NCBI GenBank assembly: GCA_963737265.1
Contig: CAVTRY010000021.1
Coordinates: 160,001-224,000, forward strand
Length of the DNA stretch: 64,000 nucleotides
Direction: 5' to 3'
From: an uncultured delta proteobacterium
GTDB taxonomy: Bacteria > Myxococcota_A > Polyangia > Fen-1088
Shown: positions 1-10,547 of the stretch, piece after piece
Numbering within the stretch: position 1 is the stretch's first letter
Layout: the number at the start of each line of letters is the position of its first letter
Program-made: the position numbers and the translations under genes
The notes under the pieces: model-generated
The model's input: the letters and a program-made list of their open reading frames with translations, nothing else
What the model was told of the DNA's origin: nothing
The model's database searches: none

Positions 1-133
1 GCATGCGGCGCGAGCCGGCGAGGTCGGCGGCAGCGTAGGCGCAGTAATTACAACAAAAGGCGATGATTTCCGGATGCCACTTGCCGTTGCCGACCGAGTC
101 GGGCGCTGTTGTCGATTGAGCAGGCTCGGTCAT
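1..133 (-). CDS. mvhD: MvhD/FlpD-type [2Fe-2S] hydrogenase iron-sulfur subunit, 5' part (runs off window)
   Basis: Manual translation from ATG 133: MTEPAQSTTAPDSVGNGKWHPEIIAFCCNYCAYAAADLAGSRRM, the MvhD N-terminal motif. ATGA overlap with the hdrA/L stop. Confidence 0.9.
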   Translation of the reverse strand, partial: MTEPAQSTTAPDSVGNGKWHPEIIAFCCNYCAYAAADLAGSRRM

Positions 134-3100
134 CGCGCGGCCCCTTCGTTGACGAGCAATTCGTCGAGCATGGCGGTCATCTGGCTGCATTCCTGATGTT
201 GCAAGGTGATGGTGTGGGCCGGGCAGGCGGCGGCGCACGAGCCGCAGCCCATGCACTTGGCGCCCTGGATCTCGGCCTTCTTCAGGTCGTTGATCATGGG
301 CGCGCCATAGGGGCAGGTCTTCACGCAGGTGGCGCAGGCCACGCAGTCGGTGGGGTCGACCTTGGCGATCTGGCCCGCGATGTCGAGGAAGGCGCGCGAG
401 AGAACGGTAGCGGCGCGACCCGCCGCTGCCTTGGCCTGCGCAATGGTCTCGTCGATGAAGCGCGGCGAGTGGGCCAGGCCGGCCAGGTATTCGCCTTCGT
501 TGGCGAGATCCACCGGGCGCAGCTTGGGGTGGGCTTCGAGGAAGAAGCCGTCCGCGGTGAGCGCGCTTCGCAACAAACCCGAAATCGCGGGATTGTCGGC
601 GGCCGGCGCGATACCGGTCGACAACACCACACGGTCGGGCTTGAAGACGATCTCGCGGCCGTTGCTGGCGTCGACCACACTGACTTGCAAACCGTTGGCA
701 TCGCTGACTTGCGGGTCTTGCTTGTCGGCGTAGCGAATGAAGAGCACGCCCGCTTGGCGCGCTTGCTGGTAGGCCAGCTCGCGGAAGCCGTAGGTGCGGA
801 TATCCTTGTACAGGACGACGACCTTGGCCTTGGGCTTCTGCCGCTTCAGTTCGAGGGCGTTCTTGATGGCTTCCGAACAACACACGCGACTGCAATAGGA
901 GTGCTTGTCGTTGCGGCTGTCCACGCACTGGATCATCACGACCAGCGGCGACTCCGGGCCGGCCAACGCCTTCTTCGCCAGCGTCTCTTCCAGTTGGCGC
1001 TGGGTCACCACGGCCGGATGTTTGCCGTTGAGGTAGAGATCTGTCTGGCGTTCCGAACCTCCGACGGCTAGCACGATCACGCCGTGAGAAAGGGTCTGTT
1101 CTTTGCCAGCCTCGGCGACGCGGGTCTTGAAGTTGCCCACGTGGCCGGTGATCTGCACCGGCGTGGTCTGCAGATGAACGGTGATCTTGGGGTGCTTCTG
1201 AACTCGGGTGACGAGGTCGTCGAGGTAGCCCGCGACATCCGAGCCTTCGAGGGTGAAATGGATGTTGTTTAGCTGACCGCCGAGCACGGCTTCCTTCTCG
1301 CACAGGTGCACGGGGAAGCCTTGGTCGGCGAGCGCCAGCGCGGTGGTCATGCCGGCCAAGCCACCGCCCAACACCAATGCGGTCTGCACCACGGGCAACT
1401 TGCCGGTGCCGAGCGCCTTCAGGTTGCGGGCGCGCGCCACCGCCATGCGCATGAGGTCGGTGGCCTTTTCGGTCGCTGCCGCCGGGTCGTTGCGATGCAC
1501 CCACGAGCATTGGTCGCGGATGTTGGTCATGGCGAAGAGGTATTGATTGAGGCCCGACTCGCGCAGGGTCTCTTGGAAAAGCACTTCGTGCGTGCGCGGC
1601 GAGCACGACGCAACCACCAGGCGGTTGAGCCGCTTGTCGCGAATCACGTCCTTGATGTGCTGCTGGCTGGTGTCCGAGCAGGCGTACAGGTTGGTTTCGG
1701 TGTGCACGGTGCCGGGCATCTTGGCCGCCGATGCGGCCACCGCCTTCACGTCCACCACCGCCTGCGATGTTGTGGCCGCAGTGGCAGATGAACACGCCCA
1801 CGCGCGGCTTTTCGTCGGTGACGTCGCGCTCCCACGGATACTCGTGGCGCTGAATCATGGTACCGCGCACAGCGGACAGCTTTTCCATCGCGCAGGCTGC
1901 CGCGCCCGAGGCTTGGGCCACCGATTCGGGAATGTCTTTGGGTTCCTGGAAGGCGCCGGCCACGTAGATGCCGGGCTTGGACGCCGCCATGGGCGCCAGG
2001 CGGTCGGTCTGGCAGAAGCCGAACTGATTGAGATCCAGGCCTAGCTTGGCAGCGGTGTCCTTGACCGAGGCGCTCGGGCGCATGCCGACGGAAAGAACGA
2101 CCAGGTCGAATTCCTGCTGGTTTTCTTTACCCTTATCGTCGAAGTAGCGAATGCGCGCGTTCTTGCTACCCGGCATTTCGACGATTCGCGAAGGCATGGC
2201 GCGAATGAATTTCACGCCGTGCTCGTCGCGCGCGCGGTTGACATAGCTATCGAATTCCTTGCCGAAGGCGCGCACGTCCATGCAGAAGATGGACACTTCC
2301 AGGCCGGCCACGTGCTCGAGCGCGACCATGGCTTCCTTGGTCGCGGACATGCAGCAGATGGATGAGCAGTAGCGGATTGCCGCGGGCGCTGTCGCGCGAG
2401 CCGACGCATTGGATGAAGGCGATCTTCTTGACCGGCTTGCCATCCGACGGTCGTTGCACGTGGCCTTCGGTCGGGCCCGAGGCGCTCAGCATGCGCTCGA
2501 ACTGGACGCTGGACAGTACGTTGGCGTAGCGATCGTGGCCGAATTCGCCGCGCAGCGAGGCCTGAAATTCCTCGTAGCCGGGGGTGAGGATGACCGAGCC
2601 GACCTTGAAGCTTTGGCTGGTGGGCTGCATGTCGTGCATGATGGCGCCGGGTCCGCACGCCTTCACGCACAGGCCGCATTCGCTGCACAGACCGCAAGCG
2701 AGGCAACGCTTGGCTTCGGCCACGGCTTGCTCGGCCGTGAAGCCGAGATCGATCTCGCGGAAGTCGCGCGTGCGATCCTCGACCACGATGCGCGGCATTT
2801 GCTGCTTCGCCTCGGGCGCCGCGGCAGGATTGGGATTGGGCGCGGTGGCCTTCTTCTTCGTGTCGAGCGCCGGCATGGGCTTGCCACGCAGGAAGGCGTC
2901 GATGGCCTCGGCAGCGTGGTGGCCGTGGGCCATGGCTTCGACCAGCGAGGCCGGCCCGAGCACGATGTCGCCGCCGGCAAACACGCCCGGAACCTTCGTC
3001 GCCAGCGACGGATCGGCGGCAATCTTGCCGTTCTCGAGCGGCACACCGGCTGCCTGAGCTATGTCCGCGGTCTGGCCGATAGCGATGATGACGTTGTCGG

Positions 3101-4627
3101 CGTCGACGGTGAAATTCGATCCCTCGACCGCCACCGGACGGCGCCGGCCCGAAGCATCGGGCTCGCCCAGGGTCATGCGCAGGCATTCAAGGCCGCGCAC
3201 CCGCCCGTCGGCGCCGGCCGAGACCTTCACCGGGTTGGTGAGCAGCTCGAACTTCACGCCCTCTTCCTCGGCCTGCGTGATTTCTTCGGGCAAGGCCGGC
3301 ATTTCGGCGCGGCCGCGGCGGTAGACGACGGTGACTTCCTTGGCTCCCATGCGCAGCGCCGCGCGCGCGGCGTCCATGGCCACGTTGCCGCCGCCGACGA
3401 TGACGGCCTTCTTGCCGAGGGCGACCTTTTCGCCGAGGTTCACCGGGCCGAGGAAATCGAGGCCGTACATCACGCCCGCGGCGCTGTCGCCGGGCAGGTC
3501 CATCTTCTGGCTCTTGTGCGCGCCGGTAGCCACGAAGATCGCGGCATAGCCATCTTTCTTCAGGCCGTCGACGGTGATGTCCTTGCCGAGCTTCACGCCC
3601 AGCTTCACGTCGACGCGCTGGTTGAGGATCTGCTCGATTTCGTAGTCGAGCACGTCGCGCGGCAGGCGATACGCGGGCACGCCCAAGCGAAGCATGCCGC
3701 CCAGGAACGGCCGCGCCTCGAACAAGGTGACGCCGTAACCTTGCGCAGTCAGATCCTTGGCCGCAGTGAGGCCGGCCGGGCCGCCGCCGATGATGGCGAC
3801 CTTTTCCGCCTGAATCTTGGCGGGCGAAAACGGGACAGGCTTGTGGTCTCCGCGCCTTGACGTAGACAAAGTCCGCCGCGAAGCGCTTGAGGTCGCGCAC
3901 CTGCACCGGCTCGTCCAGATCCTTGCGGTTGCACTGTCCTTCGCACGGGTGTTGGCAGATGCGGCCGCACACGGCCGGCAGCGGGCAGCGCTCGCGCACG
4001 AGCTCGTAGGCTTCTTCGAATTTGCCGGCCGCGATGAGCGCGACGTAGCCTTGGGCATTCACGCCGGCCGGGCAGGCCGCCTTGCACGGGGCCATGCCCT
4101 CGGCCTTGGAAATGCCGTACACGTTGGGGATGGCCTGAGCGTAGGGACGGAACACCGCCTTGCGCGTGCCGAGCTTACGGTCAAATTCGCTGGGCAGCGA
4201 CACGGGGCAGGCAATCGGCGCAATCGCCGCAGGCGTTGCACTTGTCGATGTCGACGTAGCGCGGGCGCTGGCGCAGCTTCACCTCGAAGTTGCCGACCTC
4301 GCCGCTGATGCCTTCGATGTCGGCCAGGGTGATGATTTCGATGTTCTTGTTGCGCGCGCACTCGACCAGCTTGGGCGACAGAATGCACATGGCGCAGTCG
4401 CCGGTGGGGAAGGTCTTGTCGAGCTGGGACATGCGGCCGCCGATGGCTGCCGACGGTTCGACCAGGTAGACCTTGAAGCCCGACTCGGCCAAGTCCAGCG
4501 ACGCTTGGATGCCGGTGATGCCGGCGCCACACACCATGACCGCGCCCACAGCCTCGGGGGCTTTGGCGGAGTTGCCGGCAGGGGCTTTGGCCCCGTTTCC
4601 AACGATTGCTTTGCCCTGTTCCATCAT
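130..4627 (-). CDS. hdrA: Large HdrA-type (HdrL-like) flavoprotein: HdrA module, inserted GltD/NfnB-like NAD(P)H module, second HdrA module; split by about 4 frameshifts
   Basis: The pieces join in order: GAGITG..LDKTFPTGDCAMCILSPKL (4627-4205); CKAACPAGVNAQGY..CGRICQHPCE; GGGPAG..GGGNVAMD; IQCVGSRD / YCSSICCM; GVFICHCG; CSPRTHE..NIRDQCSW; GGGLAG; C-terminal 2x[4Fe-4S]. Frame changes near 4205, 3855, 2375 and 1762. Confidence 0.9.
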
Positions 4628-4636
4628 CGTGTTGCC

Positions 4637-5502
4637 CTAAACCCCAATTCCACGGTCGGCCAGAAGCTTCGCCGGGCTGACCACCAGGCTGCGCAGACCC
4701 AAGTCCTTGCGAGAAATGCCGAAGGCGAGGCCGAGCAGTTGGGTGAAGTAGAACACCGGCAGATCGAAGTGTTCGCCGGACGCCTTTTCGGTATCCTTCT
4801 GGCGCAGGTCCAAATTGAGCTGGCACAGCGGACAGGCGGTGGCGATGCAGTCCGCGCCCGCGGCCTTGGCCATGGCCAGGATCTCGCGCGTGAGCGCTTG
4901 ACGATGCCGACGTCGGTGATGGAGTAGCCGGCGCCGCAACACTCGGTCTTGTGCGGCCATTCGAGAATGGTGGCGCCCGCGGCTTCGAGCACCTGGTCCA
5001 TCAGCGTGGGGTTTTCCGGGTCGTCGAACTTGGTCACCTCGGGCGGGCGCGAAAGCAGGCAGCCGTAATAGGTCACGAGCTTCAGGCCCTTGAGCGGCTT
5101 CTTCACTGCCTGCGCGATCTTTGCGGTGCCGATGTCGCGCGCCAGGATCTCAAGCAGGTGCAGAATCTTGGTCTGCCCGTCGTAGTCCTTGCCGACCACA
5201 TCGGCCACGGTTTTGCGCGTTTCCGGGTCGCTGGCGATTTCGTGGTTGGCGGTCTTGAGCCGGTTGTAACAGGCGGCGCAGCCGACGGCGACGGTCTTGC
5301 CCTCGGCCGCGATCAGGTTCTTGGCCGGCAACGCAAGCGCCAGCAGGGGATCGGTCTGGTGTGCCGAGGTCGAGCCACAGCAGGTCCAGCCGGGAATTTC
5401 TGGCAATGCGAGCCCGAGCGCCTTGGCGACCGCCACGGTAGACTTCTGATAATCGTGCGCGGTGCCTTCCATGGAACAGCCGGGGAAAAAAGCGTAGCTC
5501 AC
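4637..5502 (-). CDS. hdrB: Heterodisulfide reductase subunit B (CCG domains), one frameshift near 4895
   Basis: FFPGC, WTCCG, CAACY, YYGCLL.RP and TECCG. The C-terminal TACPLCQLNLD..YFTQLLG lies in ORF 4637..4960. Confidence 0.9.
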
Positions 5503-6067
5503 GACTTGTCACCTTTCGCGCTGGCGGCGCGCTTGAACATTTCCTCGCGCTCGCCGCGACCCGGGGCACGGGATTGCCACAGCGGCAGCTTGCCCTTGAG
5601 CAACATCATCGGCAACTTGCCCATGTCCTCGAACAAGCGCATGGTGCGCAGCTTGAACGAGGCCATGAGGCCCGCTTCATTCATGCGGCCGCGCTTACGA
5701 ACCGCGTTCATGAAGATGCTGTTGAATACCGGCACGACGCTCTTGCTCGTCGCCTTGGTCGCCACGCTCATGCGGCGAAGACCGTCGTTCAGGGCCGCCA
5801 CGCTGACCTTTTGCGGGCAACGGGTGGCGCACGTCTGGCACGAGGTGCACTCCCAGATCATGCGGCTCGCCGAGCACCTCATCGCGCTGGCCGAATTGCA
5901 CGCACGCGAACCATGGCGTGCGGCTTGATGTCCGCACCCGCGGCCACCGGACAGCCCGAGGTGCACTTGCCGCACTGAAGGCACGCCATCAGGTTGGCGT
6001 GGCTCTGCGCTTCGACCAGCGACGCAAAATCGCCGGAGATTTCAGCCGCCGCCAAGCTCATCGTCAT
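5499..6067 (-). CDS. hdrC: Heterodisulfide reductase subunit C (2x[4Fe-4S]), two frameshifts near 5905 and 5872
   Basis: CLQCGKCTSGCP, then VQFGQRDEVL in a second frame, then IWECTSCQTCATRCP in a third frame. Confidence 0.88.
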
Positions 6068-8964
6068 TTCTTCGACTCCTCAGCAGGAACCTTGGAAGGG
6101 TTCTTTCCAACTCCCGCCCCGGCAAGAACCGCCAAGGCCTGCGCGCTGACCTTGCGGTAGACGTCTTCCGGTTCGCTCAGCTTGCCATTCACGGTCAGCA
6201 GGTCTTGCACCTTGATGCCGAACAGGCGCTCGTTCTCATCCAGATAGGGACGGATGAGCCGCCAGTCCGCATTGGTGAAGGGCGCGAACACGCCGCCATT
6301 GAGCTGTTGCTCGACGACTTTCTTGTGCGGATCGCGAACGTAAATGGCGCCGCCGGAGGCGAGCGAAAAGAGATTGCTGCCCGAGTACGGCGAGGCCAGC
6401 GGCACCAGCTTGGCGTGCGCGTCGATCTCGATGCCATTGACGATGACGAAGCCGCCGCCGTTGAGCGGGTCGCCGGCCATGAAGGATTCGGCCAAAAAGT
6501 CGAGGCAGGTTCCGTTGATGACGACGCGTGGGCGACCGACGGCGTTGATGAGCGGGCGCCCTGCCCCGTTGCCCATCACGAACACATCGCAACCCTTGGC
6601 ACCGTACATGAACGTCTGGCCGACGTCGCCGTAGATCACCAGCTTGCCCCGTTTCGCGATTTGGCCGACCTGATCCTGGGCGTTGCCGTGGATGTAGATT
6701 TCCTCACCATCCATGCCGCTCGCCAGGTAGTCGCCGCTCGATCCGTAGGTATCGATGCGAACACCTTCCGTATTCGGGCCGAGGCCGACGCCGGTGAAGC
6801 GCTGGCCCCGCAGGCGGTAGACGATGAAGCGCCGCCAACCGGCCTGGTAGGCCTTGCGCAAATACACGGCGTCGCAGTCGTCGCCTTCGGGCGGAAACTT
6901 TTCGGCGTCGATGACTAGGACTTCTTCGCCGGCCAGCGGCGCCGCGATCTTGTTGCGGCTGTCCCAGTGAATGCGACGGAAGCTGCCCTCTCCTGGCTCG
7001 CCAATAATGGGGCTGGCGTCGAAGAGCTTCATCAGCGTCTCTTCAAGCACCGGCAAGATGGTGCTGCGGCGCTTGTTGCCCACGTCGTAGCGGCGATCGT
7101 AAAGCAGCGTGAGCGCTTCGATAGCGGTCGCCTTGGCGCGGCGGTTGTCGCTGGCGGCGACGATTTGGTCGCAAAAGTCGCGCAAGGCGCTGGCTGGCCA
7201 GCTGGGCAGGTTCTGGGCCGCGTGGGTGAAGAGATCCTGCGCCCTGCCCTGCTTGAGCGACTCGACCACGGCCTTGCGAATGCCGGCAGAGACGATTTCG
7301 ACCAACGGCGTGGTCCGCGCCCGATCGCAGCGGACGGTGCCAACGTCCAGTTTCACCTGGTGGCCGAACTTGTCGGCGCAGGAAAGCTTCTTCTTTCCGT
7401 TTTCGCCGGTAATGGTGAAGATGAAGGCGCCGCCGTCGGTGTGGCTGCCGCCACGCGCGTTCCAGTACTTGTCCGCCACAGGCGAGAAGCGCGGATCCTC
7501 GCGCGACAAGCCGCGCAGAGTGGCGTCGATGGCTTGCTTCTCCGAACAGATCAGTCCGATTTGCACGTCGCCGCTGTCCGAGAGCGCGAACACCTGCGGC
7601 CGCAGCATGGCCGTGTCGGTGATGCCGAGTAGCTGCATACGGTTCAAATCGGGGTGGTTGCGCGCGATGATGAAGAACCACGGTCCGTCAGGCGAGGCGT
7701 GGATGTGCGTGGCCTGAATCTCGCGGTAGATGCGTTGCTTGTCCTTGGGGAGTTGATCGAAGTCGAGCTCGGTGGTCGGGGCCAGCGCCTCGATGATGTA
7801 TTCGAGCGGGTACTTGTAAACGCGATCCCACAGGTCGAACAGCTGCGCCGACACTTCCGTGTCGGTGAGAAACTGCTGGCGGATATTGCGCTGACGCAGG
7901 TATTCGCACACCGAATGGTAATTGGCGAAGTCGCCGTTGTGGACCAGCGCCTCATTGATGCCGACGAAGGGGTGCGCGCCGCCGGGGTGCCACACGCGAC
8001 CTTTGGTGGGGTAGCGCTGATGGGCGATCCACACGTGGGCTTTGAAGTCTTCGAGCTTGTAGTAGTCGACGTTCTGCTCGGCGTAGCCCACCAGCTTGAA
8101 TACCAGCTGGTCGCGGCCGTGCGACAGCACGAAGGCGCGCTTCTCGCCGAGCGACGCGTACAGCGAGTCGTTCAAACGGAAGGAATTGCGCCAGACGAAC
8201 TCGTCTTCGAGATCCCGCGGGCTCAAGGCTTGCAGCCCGGTCGATTCCGCGAACGCCTTCAGCGCCGCGGGCTTGACCCGGACGGCGTAGCGATGAATGT
8301 CCGGCGGCCGCACGTCCAGTCCGGGAATGTCGCGGTGGTCGCCGATGTGCTCCTGGCGGGTCGAGAGAGCGATATCGAAGTGTGGCAGCACGAATTTCTG
8401 CTCCACCTCGGCGTGCGCCGATGGATCCAGCAGCGCAATCTGCAACAGGTAGTGCGAATCGAGCACCTCACGCGAAACACCGATCTGCTCTGGCACCAGG
8501 CCCGCCGCCGCAATACCGCCGCCCTTGCCGTTGCCGCGGTTCTGCATCTGGATCGACGGCTCGTGGATAAACTTTCCCCGCACGGGAATATTGCAAGCAA
8601 AACCGGTGACGCCGCAACCACCTTCCTCTACACGGGAACCCTCAAAGGGTTCCCGTGCCCTCCCGCGATGGTCCGGGGCGAGCGAAGCTCGCCCGCTCCC
8701 CACGCGATCGGCTACACGGGAACCCTCAAAGGGTTCCCGTGCCCTCCCGCGATGGTCCGGGGCGAGCGAAGCTCGCCCGCTCCCCACGCGATCGGCTACA
8801 CGGGAACCCTCAAAGGGTTCCCGTGCCCTCCCGCGATGGTCCGGGGCGAGCGAAGCTCGCCCGCTCCCCACGCGATCGGCCTCACTGAGTTCGTCCTCAC
8901 CGGGTTCGTCGTCTGCATAGGCCTCCGAGCGCGTGGCCAGCAGGCGATCGATAGTGTCGCTCAT
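6064..8964 (-). CDS. Glutamate synthase-like subunit: class II glutamine amidotransferase (GltB1) fused to GXGXG beta-helix (GltB3)
   Basis: Start ATG 8964 (TAATG overlap). Motifs GGCGVTGF, QNRGNGKGGG, HQRYPT, HPF, HNGD, TDTE. C-terminal GSSGDYLASGMDG..GDVGQTFMYGAKG..FLAESFMAG. Confidence 0.88.
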   Translation of the reverse strand: MSDTIDRLLATRSEAYADDEPGEDELSEADRVGSGRASLAPDHRGRAREPFEGSRVADRVGSGRASLAPDHRGRAREPFEGSRVADRVGSGRASLAPDHRGRAREPFEGSRVEEGGCGVTGFACNIPVRGKFIHEPSIQMQNRGNGKGGGIAAAGLVPEQIGVSREVLDSHYLLQIALLDPSAHAEVEQKFVLPHFDIALSTRQEHIGDHRDIPGLDVRPPDIHRYAVRVKPAALKAFAESTGLQALSPRDLEDEFVWRNSFRLNDSLYASLGEKRAFVLSHGRDQLVFKLVGYAEQNVDYYKLEDFKAHVWIAHQRYPTKGRVWHPGGAHPFVGINEALVHNGDFANYHSVCEYLRQRNIRQQFLTDTEVSAQLFDLWDRVYKYPLEYIIEALAPTTELDFDQLPKDKQRIYREIQATHIHASPDGPWFFIIARNHPDLNRMQLLGITDTAMLRPQVFALSDSGDVQIGLICSEKQAIDATLRGLSREDPRFSPVADKYWNARGGSHTDGGAFIFTITGENGKKKLSCADKFGHQVKLDVGTVRCDRARTTPLVEIVSAGIRKAVVESLKQGRAQDLFTHAAQNLPSWPASALRDFCDQIVAASDNRRAKATAIEALTLLYDRRYDVGNKRRSTILPVLEETLMKLFDASPIIGEPGEGSFRRIHWDSRNKIAAPLAGEEVLVIDAEKFPPEGDDCDAVYLRKAYQAGWRRFIVYRLRGQRFTGVGLGPNTEGVRIDTYGSSGDYLASGMDGEEIYIHGNAQDQVGQIAKRGKLVIYGDVGQTFMYGAKGCDVFVMGNGAGRPLINAVGRPRVVINGTCLDFLAESFMAGDPLNGGGFVIVNGIEIDAHAKLVPLASPYSGSNLFSLASGGAIYVRDPHKKVVEQQLNGGVFAPFTNADWRLIRPYLDENERLFGIKVQDLLTVNGKLSEPEDVYRKVSAQALAVLAGAGVGKNPSKVPAEESKK
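8629..8880. repeat. 3 identical tandem copies of an 84-bp double-hairpin element, in frame within the GltB1 leader
   Basis: Units at 8629, 8713 and 8797. Each has CACGGGAACCCT-CAA-AGGGTTCCCGTG and GGGCGAGC-GAA-GCTCGCCC. Encodes (ADRVGSGRASLAPDHRGRAREPFEGSRV)x3. Confidence 0.97.
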
Positions 8965-10547
8965 TAGATGGCCTCCTTGGCGGCCAGGTAGTGCAAGACG
9001 TCGCTGCGACCGCGCAGTTCGCAGGTGCTTGGGATCCCGAGGCGCACCAAGATGTCGACCATCTGCTCGCGCCAGGCCGACATCAGGTTGATCAGGCGCT
9101 GGGTCGCCCATTCTAAACTCATCTGCATCATCAATTCAGGATCGGTGCTGGCGATGCCGCGCGGACAGCCGCGGCCGCTTTCGCAACAAGCGCAGCGCAC
9201 GCAGCCAAGCGCCACCATTTCGGCGGTGCCGATAACCACGCCGTCGGCGCCCAAGGCGATGGCCTTCATGATGTCGTAGGCGGTGCGCGCGCCGCCGCTG
9301 ATGATCAAGGTCACCGAGTCGCGAATACCCTCCGCGACCAGGAACTTGTGGACCTTGGCGATGGCGTATTCGATGGGCATCGCGATGTTCTTCTTGGCGA
9401 TGTCGGGCGCGGCGCCGGTGCCGCCGTAGCTGCCGTCGAGGTGAATGATGTGCGCGCCGGCGTAGTAGCTGCCCACGGCCACCATGTCCACGTCGGTTGG
9501 CGTGGACACCTTCACCGAGACCAGCGCATGCGGGTTCACTTCCTTGATCCAATCGAGGTGCTTCTTGTGGTCCTCGACGCTGTACACGCTGTGAAACGGG
9601 AACGGTGAAAACAACGCGTTGCCGGGCACGGCTTCGCGCATACGTGCAACGGCGGGCGTGTTCTTGTCGCCGAGCAAGTGACCGCCAAGGCCGGGTTTCG
9701 CGCCCTGGGCATACTTGAATTCGACGATGCGCACGCGCTGGATGGTGTCTTCGCGAACGCCAAAAAGCCCGGTGGCAACCTGGGTGATGACGTGGTCGTC
9801 GTAGGGTTTGAGCCGGTCGTGGTAACCGCCCTCGCCAGTGCAGGTGAAAATGTTCCAGGCCGCCGCGGTTCGCGCCTTGGCCAAGATCGTGTGGATGCTC
9901 ACCGATCCGAAGGACATGCCGCCGCCGTAAATCGGCAAGTCGATGTGTACCTGCGGGCGGCCGTCATTCCGACGATTGAGATCGAGGCCGGTGTCGACCT
10001 TCGCGGGATCTACTTTGGCCGGCGATTCGGGAAAGCTGAAGCCGATGCGGTCGAAGCCGCCGCCCGATTCGCCGGTGCGATATTCGAGACCTGCTTCCGG
10101 TGCATGGCCGGTTTCGGCCATGTGCCAGGTGGAAAGAATCAAATCGGCGGTCCAGCGTGGATCGCCCATGGTGTCCACGGTCGGGTTGCGCGCCATCAAC
10201 AGCGCTCGGGTCTTGCACTTGGCGACGCAGAAGTGATCGGTCTCGCCGCACGACGGGCCGACGCAAAGGTGGTCGCGCGGGCGCAGAGAAAACGTGTAGC
10301 CGTCCGGTTTGACGTGCACGCCGTGCGGGCACAGCTTGGCGCATTCGCCGCACGCCACGCAGTCGGCCGATCGATTCACCTTGTACTTGCCGAGGGCGTT
10401 GCGATAGCGATCCGGCATGGCCCGCACGGTCCGCTCGACTTTTTCTTGCGGCTCGCCGCTCTGCCCAAGCCCCGGAGCGACGGGCGCGGACGCTGCCTTT
10501 GAACCCGCCGCCTGGACTTCCTGAGCGCTACTTGCAGACAAGGTCAC
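8964..10547 (-). CDS. Glutamate synthase FMN-binding subunit (GltB2) with N-terminal ferredoxin domain; start uncertain
   Basis: CVACGECAKLCP, GGMSFGS, TGEGG, QVATGLFGV, EFKYAQGAKPGLGGHL, GGTGAA, and cluster motif CVRCACCESGRGC. Confidence 0.9.
   Translation of the reverse strand: MTLSASSAQEVQAAGSKAASAPVAPGLGQSGEPQEKVERTVRAMPDRYRNALGKYKVNRSADCVACGECAKLCPHGVHVKPDGYTFSLRPRDHLCVGPSCGETDHFCVAKCKTRALLMARNPTVDTMGDPRWTADLILSTWHMAETGHAPEAGLEYRTGESGGGFDRIGFSFPESPAKVDPAKVDTGLDLNRRNDGRPQVHIDLPIYGGGMSFGSVSIHTILAKARTAAAWNIFTCTGEGGYHDRLKPYDDHVITQVATGLFGVREDTIQRVRIVEFKYAQGAKPGLGGHLLGDKNTPAVARMREAVPGNALFSPFPFHSVYSVEDHKKHLDWIKEVNPHALVSVKVSTPTDVDMVAVGSYYAGAHIIHLDGSYGGTGAAPDIAKKNIAMPIEYAIAKVHKFLVAEGIRDSVTLIISGGARTAYDIMKAIALGADGVVIGTAEMVALGCVRCACCESGRGCPRGIASTDPELMMQMSLEWATQRLINLMSAWREQMVDILVRLGIPSTCELRGRSDVLHYLAAKEAI

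Noticed and set aside
1-4627. Selenocysteine recoding in HdrL/MvhD
   Set aside because: The breaks are frame changes, not in-frame TGA at Cys positions; the visible MvhD motif uses Cys.
8629-8880. CRISPR array
   Set aside because: Units are fully identical with no variable spacers, lie inside a CDS, and no cas genes are present.
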